From the NCBI GenBank assembly GCA_964016885.1, contig OZ024740.1, positions 92,256,001 through 92,320,000 on the forward strand: a stretch of 64,000 nt of DNA. Direction: 5' to 3'. This DNA is from Eledone cirrhosa (lineage: Eukaryota). Made by a program: the position numbers and the translations under genes. Under the pieces are notes generated by a model. It saw nothing but the letters and a program-made list of their open reading frames with translations, searched no databases and had not been told where the DNA came from. Positions 53,280 through 64,000 of this stretch are shown in pieces; the stretch's first letter is position 1, and the number at the start of each line of letters is the position of its first letter.

Positions 53280-53488
53280 ATTATTTCAAAGAAATTTTTG
53301 GATAATAATAAAAGTTAAAATTTTGGGCACAAGGCCCCAATCTTTTTGGGTGTCCTTTTCGGAAAACAATGTATGTGAGCTTATAAACAGTTTACAATAA
53401 AATTTTCCATAAATGGCAATTTTTAAACAAACGGAAATAACAAACCTTTGCGGAGCTCACGATAATACGATTTCCTACGTAGGTCGCC

Positions 53489-53552
<64 letters not shown>

Positions 53553-53561
<9 letters not shown>

Positions 53562-54286
53562 TGGATGCAGCCCATTATGCCGTGTGTGCAAAAAACAACC
53601 AGAGACCATTGACCATATAATTTCAATGTGCAGTCCTATAGCTCCAACCGAATACCTAAACAGGCATAACAGAGCTGCACAATACATACATTGGATAATG
53701 TGTAAGCATTTTGACCTGCCCCATCAAAAGAATTGGTGGGAACATCAACCACCTCCCATACTTGAAAAAGATCACATCTCAATCTTGTGAAACTTTTGCA
53801 TCCAAACAGACCGAAAAATAGATGCAAATAGACCTGATATAATATTGAAGGACTTTAAAAAGAGGGTATGCCTGCTAATTGATATGTCTGTTCCAATAGA
53901 CAAGAATGTATCTATAAAAACATTTGAAAAATTGAGCAAGTATAAGGACCTGGAGATAGAAATTGGAAAAATGTGGAATTTGAGAACTAAAACAATACCA
54001 GTGGTTGTAGGCGCTCTGGGAATGATACCTAAGGGGTCTAATGATTACTTATCGCAAATCCCAGGAAACCCGCGTATAGGAGAAATACAAAAGATAGTAC
54101 TAATGGGAACTGCCCATACACTAAGGAAGATTCTGTCAATATAAGTACATCACAAGTCTAAACACTAAAGATGCATGTGTGTGTATGTATGTTCTTTCTT
54201 GAACATGGCGGACCTTGTTGTCTCTTGAGGTCACTGTTTGTGACTTGGTGATAACTCGTATGAACATAAAGCAAGATAAATGCAAC
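53553..54286 (+). mobile_element. R4/Dong-clade family B, copy B2 (5'-truncated), (TAA)n tail to 54325
   Basis: Colinear with 47813-48540; CCHC + RLE with one TGA at ~53788. Confidence 0.9.
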
Positions 54287-54287
54287 T

Positions 54288-54327
<40 letters not shown>

Positions 54328-54345
54328 ACTATTAATAATTATTAA

Positions 54346-54600
54346 TGCACTCGTGCAATGCCTGTGCGTGACGAATATTTTTAAAGTGAGGAAAGACTGT
54401 GCACTGAGCCAATCCCACTCTCTGAGCGACAGTAGCTATAACCCGAAAAGAAGAAAAGATCAACATCATTGGTAACTACTGAGCCGCAGGTTTTATGTCG
54501 AAGTTAACCCAATTTCCTGAGATGCCTTCTCCTAGAAGAATGCTTTGACAAGGGCTATGGGTTCTTCACTCCCAGTGGTTTAACTGCGCGATCGGGCATC
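54346..54600 (-). mobile_element. RTE-type 5'UTR fragment
   Basis: Homologous to 62156-62360 (GCAATGCCTGTGC, TCCCACTCTC, TCAACATCATTGG, CCTTCTCCTAGAA), which is joined to an RTE-like 3' end. Confidence 0.6.
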
Positions 54601-54751
54601 CAGGCCGATTATTTCTATGTCACTGCGCAAAATAAAAACAACAAAAAAAAACTCACTTATTGACACTTATAAGTACGACATACACACACGCGCAAACATA
54701 CGCGCGCACACAGCAACACTCATACATACAACCAAACACACAAACGCTACT

Positions 54752-54782
<31 letters not shown>

Positions 54783-54829
54783 TACCGTCATTACTGATAC
54801 AAGATTACAAGATTATGTCAACTGTTGAC

Positions 54830-54911
54830 TTTCAAGCTTAAATCTCGCCGAGGTCAACCTTGCCTTTCATCCCCAGGGAGTCAACAAAAGAGAGTAGCAG
54901 TAATGCGCTGG
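54830..54911 (+). mobile_element. Degenerate fragment of the tRNA-derived SINE
   Basis: AAATCTCGCCGAGGTCAACCTTGCCTTTCATCC matches the reverse complement of ~16065-16090. Confidence 0.6.
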
Positions 54912-55618
54912 ACCAGTCGCTGGATCCGTTCCAAAAGCAGAACAATTTTTATTATTAAAGTTTTTTTCTTAAGGCCCAGTCGCTGGTGATGGTGATGGCT
55001 GCGGTGGTGGTGGCAGTTGATGTTGTTGTGTTGTGTGCGTGTGTGTGTTTTATTTTTTTGAGTTTTTTTGTTTGTATGTGGCGGTTTTTTTATCGTTTGA
55101 TGCCGCTGTTGTTGTTGTAAATGTTCATTTCAATTCATTCTGAAGCTGTTGTTGCTGTAAGCATTAGTGCCTATGTTGTTGTTGAAGATGTTGGGGTTGA
55201 AATCTGGTCGTTTGACTGAGTGATGTATATACACACATATACATACATATATATATACACATTCAACACAGAGTAGAGAGTTTAACAACAGGTCGATGAC
55301 TTTAGTTCAGATAGGGTAATGACATGTGATGGTGGGGAGGAAGTGTAGACGGTATTGTGGTGGCGGGGGACAGTGAGATGTATCTAGTTCATTTGTCCGT
55401 TTTCTTCTCTTTGAAAATTTGAATTTAGGCCATGTTATATTGAGATGTAAGTAAATGTAAAATGTAAAATATAAATAAGGATTGCTCTGGTAAAATATAC
55501 TAAAATATTTGTGTAACTTCCACAAACTTCTGTCGTGACATTCCCGAGTCCAGTGACCAAACAATTGTTGTATTTTGACAGCGTGTGTTGTCCTACCTAT
55601 AGGCTCCATCCATACATC

Positions 55619-56850
<1,232 letters not shown>

Positions 56851-56861
56851 ATATATATATA

Positions 56862-59800
56862 GGATAAATTTGGATTTAAAACTTATAATAACCCTCCGTG
56901 GAACCCAGCATTGCTACCCTTCGAAAATGATGTCTTGGAACTCATTCGGAATATCAAATTTCGGAATAGGAGCAATTCCTTCCAGCAAGACCTGAAGAAT
57001 AGAATTCGTTCTATTAAGGATTCTAACGCCGTGCACGTCCATTCCGATAAAACTGGCAACCTATATCAAGTGGAGCGCAATACTTACCATCAACTACTAC
57101 ATAATGCTGTAACTAAGGATTACCGTAAAACTAATCGGTGTGTCATCAATGAAATCAACGATGCTGGGTTTAAAATCACATCTGAACTCAACATCCTGGA
57201 CCGGACCGAACCTCTGGACCCTATCTCTCCCCACTTTACCCTGAAGGATCACAAATCCAATTTTCCGAACAACCCCTCTATTCGGCTTATTAACCCTACG
57301 AAGTCCGATTTAGGTAGACTTAGTAAAACGATTCCTGATAGAATTATACCTGTAATTAGAAGTTTGGCCCCTCTCGCACTGTGGAACTATTCTTTCGCGG
57401 TGATTGATTGGTTCAACGGCATATGTAACAAGGAACATTGCCGTTTTATCCAATTCGACATCAACAATTACTACTCCGCAATCACTTTACCACTTCTCCT
57501 TAGAGCTATCAATTTCGCTAAAACACTCACAGTGGTTAAGGATTTTGAAGTTGATGTCATCCTTAATGCCCGAAAGTCGGTGATTAATTTCGACGACTCT
57601 ATTTGGATTAAAAAATCCAACAGTACCCCATTCGACGTGAGTATGGGCGCCAGTGACTCTGCGGAGGTTACTGATCGTATTGGCCTTTTCCTTCTTTTCT
57701 CTATCAAGGACGAATTCCCCAACGTGGGCGGTGGATTGTACGGTGACGATGGTCTTTTGACCATGACTAAGTGCGGACCTCGTGCTTGCGACAGGTTCAG
57801 AAAATAACTCACAGCCTTCTTTAAAAGCTTCAACCTCTCTATACAGGTTGAGGCCAATCTCTCGGTCGTTAATTACCTCGACGTTACCTTCAATTTATTG
57901 AATGGGTTGTATTACCCGTATAGAAAGCCGAATGATACGCTTAATTACATAAGTAAGCATTCCAACCATCCTGCCAGCATAACCAAGAACCTGGTAAGAA
58001 ACGTTTCATTGAGGCTTTCCCGTCTTTCCACCAACAAGCGCATTTTCAACGACCATTCCACTTATTACAATGAAGCTCTTGCTCGAAGTGGATTTGTCGA
58101 TAAGGTAGCATATACAGAGTACGAAAATAGACCTAGAAGAAATAGATCCCGTCGCATTTGTTGGTTTAACCCACCATATAATATGGAGGTGGCCACACCA
58201 TTAGCTAAGATCTTTCTTTCCCTTATTACGAAGTATCTTCCCCTTACACATAAATATAGTAACATTTTTAATAGAAATACTATTAAAATGTCTTACTCTA
58301 CGACTCCTAATCTTGCACATAACATCACAGCTTCAAATTTAGCTAAACTACCTAGCCGTAGGAACACGTGCAACCCTGTAGGTAGTACTAACTGTAATTG
58401 TAGGAATCGGGCTGATTGCCCCCTATCCGGGAAATGCCTCTCTAGTAACATTGTCTACAAATGTAAGGTTGTAACACCCACGTCCTGTAGGGCCTACATA
58501 GGGTTAACCGCCAATAGTTTCAAGCAGCGTCTTTACATGCATACCCATTCTTTTCGTTACCCTCTAAGAAGGAATATGACGTCACTTTCAGCTTATATCT
58601 GGAGTCTAAAAGCCAACCACACCCAATATAAGTTACACTGGGAGATCCTAGCTAGGGCTAGATCGTATAACGGAAATAAAAGACCATGTGATCTCTGCGC
58701 CGCTGAGGCCCTGGAAATACTCTACGCTACAGACCACATCTTAAAAAAAAAATCTGAAGCAATTTCGGCTTGTAAACATAATTTTCGAAAAACTTTCCTG
58801 TATTACAGCCCCACGTTATACCGTAACGGATAGCGCGATCTATACGTGGATATTTTACGTCTATGTGGGAGCTAAGTATATGTTTTGTTTATTCCTTTAC
58901 GTATTTGCATAGGTAAGTATATATTACCCGTATGTTTTGTGAAGGTATGTATACCTTCTCGTACGTATATTTGACTGTTATAGCGTATACTTTTTACATA
59001 TTCTGGTATTTAGGGTTTGGCTATGTGTATACGGGAGTTTTGTGTCCGCGTGAGTGTGCAGGTTCGTACGTATGGTGGGTGTGTGTATATGTGTACTTCT
59101 TGTTTTAGTTGACTTACGTCTCCGAACATTCGTGTATATATATGTAGGTATGCGTGTGCGCTTGTTATATACGTATTTATTTACTTATATACGTTTATGT
59201 AATTATTTATTTATTTGTACACAAGCATACACACACACACATATTTATATGTGCGTGGTTTTGTATACCCATGGTAAGGTTTTGCGTATGCTTGTGTATG
59301 TACGTATCTGTTTGCGTGTATGTATTTATTTGTTCCTATTATTTCTGTATTGTATTTATTTACTTTGTTCTTAACTCTGTAGCGGAGATTCATTTGGTCT
59401 CCTAGTTAGAATTTTAGTCTACGATTTCTGCTATACCATCTACGTGGTTTTGTCTTTGCGTGCTATTGTTCTCCACGTTCCACATATGACTTATTATCTT
59501 CGTTTTTTCGTTCATTGCCAGAGAACGTCTCTATGCACCACCTAAGAGAACATTAGTCTACGACCTCTTTTATACCATAAACGTGGTTTTGTCTTTGCGC
59601 GTAATTGTTTTTCACCGCTCCTATTAATGACGTATTATTCGTTTTTTCCCGTTCTTTGCCACCGAACGTTACCACGAACCAAAGTATCGTCTTCCTGTCT
59701 TCCCCCGGTTGCAACGTTTTTTGAAATATCCAGTTCTGCGTTTACAGATTGACTTTGTTAGTTTCAGAAGATCCCGTTAAGGGTGAAAGAAGCGATTCTT

Positions 59801-59916
59801 TGCTTAAACTTTTATCTGTTATTTTAATAAATATTTGCTCTACGGTTCTTATATATTTCATATATATTTTCCTTATCGAGCCCTCTTTGGATTTTAGTCT
59901 TCAATTTTATTATTAT

Positions 59917-59920
<4 letters not shown>
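56862..59920 (+). mobile_element. Penelope-like element (Naiad-type), slightly 5'-truncated, least decayed PLE in the window
   Basis: RT + GIY-YIG followed by a ~1.1-kb 3'UTR; (TA)n on both sides. Confidence 0.92.
56863..58833 (+). pseudogene. PLE RT + GIY-YIG with a single in-frame stop at 57805
   Basis: ORFs 56911-57807 and 57898-58833 share a frame. Motifs TLKDHK, RLINPTKS, QFDINNYY, FDVSMGASDSAEV, GLYGDDGL, WFNPPYN, CNCRNRADCPLSGKC, IVYKC..AYIGLT, CDLC. Confidence 0.9.
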
Positions 59921-60003
<83 letters not shown>

Positions 60004-60189
60004 TATAAGTGGATGAATACTTCAACAGGTACTATGTACTTGTAGAAATATGCAATTTGTTTATAATATTTGTGGTTCAATGGTACTAATTCGAGACACC
60101 AGAACAATGTAAAAAGTTGCGGAGCAAGCGATTATCAAATAATTCTCTAAATAAATTAAAAAACGATTTAAATAATCACCTGTTCTATT

Positions 60190-60269
60190 GCTGTTACCGA
60201 CGGTTTCACCATTCCAAAAATTGGAAATCCAGAGAATTTCCAATGGAAAGAAATGGATCTTCAGACAGC
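60190..60269 (-). ncRNA. Type I hammerhead ribozyme, intact core
   Basis: GCUGU-CUGAAGA-uCCAUUuc...gGAAUGGu-GAAA-cc(guc)gg-UA-ACAGC, with an inner hairpin UUGGAAAU/AUUUCCAA in stem II. Confidence 0.8.
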
Positions 60270-60588
60270 TTATTTCCATACTATAAATTGTTCTGGTATC
60301 TCAAATTAGTACTATCGTACCACAAATATTATAAACACCTGGCATATTTCTACAAGTACATAGTGCCTGTTGAAGTATTCATCCACTTTTATAATTTTTC
60401 TCCTTATGTAGAGAACAAAACCTTGAATAATGCTGTTAATTTTAGTGGCAATATCAACACGTTTATAATAAACAGCTATTATCTGCGATCTGATTTTGCG
60501 TGTCATTTTAACGGCTTGACCGCATGCGTTGGGCAGGAAGCGAAATATTTACTTACTGTAAAGCTGGCAACCTTATAGTATGGAAAAA

Positions 60589-60668
60589 GCTGTCTGTAGA
60601 TCCATTTCTTTCCATTGGAAATTCTCTGGATTTCCAATTTTTGGAATGGTGAAACCGTCGGTAACAGC
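60589..60668 (+). ncRNA. Type I hammerhead with core mutation CUGUAGA
   Basis: Same fold as 60190-60269 with A6U. Confidence 0.65.
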
Positions 60669-60831
60669 AATAGAACAGGTGATTATTTAAATCGTTTTTT
60701 TAAATTTATTTAGAGAATTGTTTGATAACCACTTGCTCCGCTCTTTTTATATTGTTCTGGTATCTCAAATTAGTAAGATCGAACCCCAAAGATTATAAGC
60801 ACCTTGCATTGTTGAAGTATTCATCCACTTT

Positions 60832-60891
<60 letters not shown>

Positions 60892-60904
60892 TGTATATAT
60901 CTAT

Positions 60905-60949
<45 letters not shown>

Positions 60950-60954
<5 letters not shown>

Positions 60955-61589
60955 ATATATATGTAGTAAGAAACACAGTAAATCGTGTGACTAATATTAC
61001 TAGGGATGAAAGACCACATTTGTTTGAAATATTTAACCGTGAAGCAGACAGAATTATAAAATAAAATAAAATTATATTATACAAAGCGCCTCAATAACAA
61101 TTATATCTCTCGGACAGATTAATCTGTTTCGCCCTGACTGTGTTTGCAACAGATAATCCATGAGCATCATCAGCGAGAGAATTCTTACTACATATATATT
61201 ATTATTATAATGCTCGGTATTTATACTTTGAGCTTACTGATTACAGGGTTTTAGTAAGAGTTATTAACTCTAACTTTCATTTATATTTCGGCTCCCTCAA
61301 GAGGTGAGCTTATTAAGTTGCGTGTGTTGGACTGTTGTTTCTAACCAATACACTCATACCACTTTTGACTTACGGCACACGAAGTGATGAATTCATTTCT
61401 CTGTGTGAACGTTGGTACTAGGTGTTTGTGGCATTTAATCAGATATGGCATTTAATCAACCCTAGTAATATTAGACACACGATTTACTGTGTTTCTTACT
61501 ACATATATATTATTATTATAATGCTCGGTATCTATACTTTGAGCTTACTGATTACAGGGTATCAGTAAGAGTTATTAACTCTAACTTTC

Positions 61590-61600
<11 letters not shown>
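60950..61600. mobile_element. Third non-coding hammerhead repeat (inverted + tandem partial copies)
   Basis: 60958-61006 is the inverse of 61459-61510; 61183-61288 is repeated at 61493-61598. (TA)n flanks. Confidence 0.6.
61106..61180 (-). ncRNA. Type I hammerhead ribozyme (extra U after CUGAUGA)
   Basis: UCUCUCG-CUGAUGA-U-GCUC...GGGC-GAAA-cagauuaaucug-UC-CGAGAGA. 7-bp stem I; stem III is the 14-nt palindrome ACAGAUUAAUCUGU. Confidence 0.8.
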
Positions 61601-61672
<72 letters not shown>

Positions 61673-61945
61673 AACGGAAAAAATGAAACGATATTTCATT
61701 TCCCACTCTTAGTACGGCTGTTACTTAAATATAAGTATGTACACGTACATACATATATGTATACCGACGTACAGTAGTATGTATATATATATATATATAT
61801 ATACATACATGCACACACATATATATGCACGTATGGATTCACCGAACACTTATTATAATGCTCGGTGTGTTTGTAAACATCCCGTATTAAGCCGTAGTGT
61901 CTAGCAACCACCGTTGCTCGTTTGTTCAACACTGACAATATATAT

Positions 61946-62548
61946 GGTGTCTGCCAACTCGTTTTCGAGTACGGCCACTACTTTATATCCATGTAGGAGA
62001 ACCCCTATCGATGTGCTGAACGAGTGTGACGTTTTAGTCCAGCCAGTGACTTGAAAACTCTGGTACAAACACTACACTTGTGACAATTATTGACACATAG
62101 TGCTGGGCCCATGGTACTATGTGACGACAAGTCCATATAGATCTCCAGATATAAAGCAATGCCTGTGCCGTGAAGCTTTTATAGTGAGCAAAGGCACTGC
62201 ACAAAGCCAGTCCCACTCTCTTAACCAAGATGATATTTACCAAAAAGAAGAACAAGTCAACATCATTGGATACCATCAGGGTTGCAGGTGTTATATCAGA
62301 GTTTTCCTTCTCCTAGAATTCTGCCTTGACAATAGCTAAGGGGTCATCTCTCTCGGTGATTTAGGATGTCCATTGACTCTTACGAGCTCCTATGCCCTTT
62401 GACAGGTTTTGTTTTTCGTCCTACAGGATGTCCAAAGTCACCCTCCTCACCAAGAAACCTTGGTGGGATTGCCAGTTTAGTCGCCAACGACCCGACCATG
62501 AGACAGGTTGTACTGGGATACATGTTACCACTTGCACCAACTGGTGAT
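61946..62548 (-). mobile_element. Non-autonomous RTE derivative (5'UTR fused to last C2H2 finger and 3' end), Bov-A-like
   Basis: Minus strand: 5'UTR-like 62548-62156, then CSVCTRVFKSLAGLKRHTRSAH*, then terminal hairpin ACTCG-AAAA-CGAGT. TSD CTGACA(A/T)TATATAT at 61932-61945 and 62549-62562. Confidence 0.7.
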
Positions 62549-62564
62549 CTGACATTATATATAT

Positions 62565-63500
62565 ATGCAAAAGTTCTATTTAAAATTGTTGGGATACAAC
62601 AAGTAAATATTTTTATAACTGATATAAAGCACTAGACAAGTATTTGGAGTGGATATACGATATTAATAAATGGAAACTTTATTTATAAAACCATATTTTT
62701 TTCATTATACATATTTCAGGGATACCAAATTAAATTATGGTATTCCTTCATCAGACAAAATACAATATATAACAGTTTTACAAATAAGCTTTGACGTACC
62801 CTTTTAAAATGCAACCATTATTTTTGGAAGCCATCTGGATAGTGAATTGTTTATATTATTTTAATAAGTCTTAGTGTTAAGGACAATTAGAAAAAGACGG
62901 AGAGAAAGAAAAAAGACGGAAAGAGAGAAAAAAGAAAAAGAGGATAAATTTCTATACTAAATATATGAAACATATTATTTTAACTTAAGATACTCTAGAG
63001 TGTTTTTAAAGATATTTAATGTTTTGATATCTCTAGAATTCGTTTGTCCTTTAGACTATACTGATATAATTGTATTTCCCAAATATAATCCTTTGGTATT
63101 TTAAATTTATATTGTTATAATTATATTTCCAAAGTATAATCCTTTAGTAATATATTGATATTTGATTATCTCTATACAAATGTGTATGTGTGTATTAACA
63201 TGCATATAAAAGTGTTATATGTTTTTTTTATGATTGTATATCTGTCTGTATGTGTACATGAGAGATGCGGGTCTAACAATTGGTGAAGACGCACGCAAAT
63301 ATTTATTTATACATATGTATGTGTATATATATATATGTATATATATGTGTGTGGGTGAGAGTTATGTGTGTGCATGCCTACCCACGCAGTTTTGATTGCA
63401 GATATGCATAATTTTAACAGAATGTTAAATGCATGAATGGTAATCGTATATATGAAGGCATGAATGTTAATCGTAAATATTTATGTATATATACTGTGAA
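62565..63500 (-). mobile_element. Probable solo PLE pseudo-LTR; upstream boundary uncertain
   Basis: Hammerhead 62760-62700 followed by AATAAA (~62684-62679), ending at TA repeats. Confidence 0.45.
62700..62760 (-). ncRNA. Type I hammerhead ribozyme
   Basis: UUUUGU-CUGAUGA-AGGAAUACCA...UGGUAUCCCU-GAAA-uaugua-UA-AUGAAA. Stem II pairs 9/10; stems I and III are weak. Confidence 0.6.
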
Positions 63501-63899
63501 CTTTTTATAACACAAGGAATGAATAGCAGTGATTAAGAGAAATCATTTGCGTTTTGTATGTCTATATTGTAGACCTGAGTGTGTATTTATATATATATAT
63601 TTGTCTATCTTTGCCGTAAGATAGGGGTTTCTCAAATTTTAGTATATTAATCTCAAGTTTTAAACTAAACATATAATCATTATTAAACAATGTTTAATTT
63701 CTCATATTATATATTTATGTCCCATTCATGAATATTAATATTTATATTTTTATTATTCATTTCATATAAATTGTTAACTCAACTTAATATGACACAGTGT
63801 TCATTATCTCCCCCTCTCTCTATATATTATTTCTGTCTCTTGAGTTTTTCTATCTGTCTGATGACTTGATATCTCTCTGTTGCTTTCCTCTGTTGTTCT

Positions 63900-64000
63900 T
63901 ATTTCTTTCTTTTTTCTTTTTTTCTTTTTTTCTTTTTTCTTTTTTCTTTTTTCTTTTTTCTTTTTTCTTTTTTTCTTTTTTCTTTTTTCTTTTTTCTTTT
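63900..64000. repeat. (CTTTTTT)n-like polypyrimidine repeat
   Basis: Directly visible. Confidence 0.9.

Larger units (their letters stand above)
48604..53488 (-). mobile_element. Tx1/L1-type LINE copy T3: both ends present, internal deletion after RT 'AYA'
   Basis: Flanked by (TAA)n on both sides. The junction at ~49203 joins SVSAYA to VEHLLSRVG. Confidence 0.93.
60007..60833. mobile_element. 464-bp hammerhead repeat family, locus C: more than one monomer on +, preceded by an inverted partial copy
   Basis: TTGTTCTGGTATCTCAAATTAGTA at 60288 and 60752 (period 464). 60007-60286 is inverted. Both outer ends are TCATCCACTT + (TA)n. Confidence 0.85.

Noticed and set aside
36846-54325. CRISPR-like or telomeric array suggested by regular (TAA)n spacers
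   Set aside because: The intervening units are kilobase LINE copies; no cas genes and no TTAGGG-type repeats.
55260-55618. Unique-looking island between microsatellites
   Set aside because: No ORF, ribozyme core or second copy seen; cannot be classified.
59761-59810. Hammerhead-like CAGAAGA-UCCC..GGG-U-GAAA-GAA(GCGA)UUC-UU
   Set aside because: Core U4A and no contiguous stem I; at most a relic, so not listed as a feature.
62468-62548. HDV-like ribozyme at the 5' end of the RTE derivative (minus)
   Set aside because: P2 (CCAGU/ACUGG), P4 and C-UAA fit, but P1 is mismatched and L3 too short.

Overview
This is eukaryotic, very AT-rich repeat DNA with no recognisable host gene. The SINE types and the (TA)n/(CA)n/(TAA)n load suggest a cephalopod such as Octopus (inference only). 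Almost the whole window is nested retroelements in two microsatellite niches. (1) (TA)n tracts at ~0.4-23.4 kb and ~55.6-63.5 kb hold Penelope-like elements (PLEs: four Naiad-type RT/GIY-YIG copies or fragments, one Neptune/Poseidon-type RT fragment, solo pseudo-LTRs). They also hold short, ORF-less, terminally redundant hammerhead-ribozyme repeats that look like non-LTR retrozymes (monomers ~464 and ~656 nt, plus a third family). I could fold eleven complete type I hammerheads by eye, some with core mutations. (2) A 27-kb array (27082-54345) is built in a (TAA)n tract: six R4/Dong-clade RLE LINEs all on + and three Tx1/L1-type APE LINEs all on -. The array appears to sit inside a split RTE element. 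A tRNA-derived SINE with a 15-bp TSD and a Bov-A-like internally deleted RTE derivative are also present. The many Tyr/Ile/Val/Cys/His/Thr-rich ORFs are microsatellite artefacts. All calls come from reading the sequence; no searches or folding software were run, and boundaries inside microsatellites are approximate.
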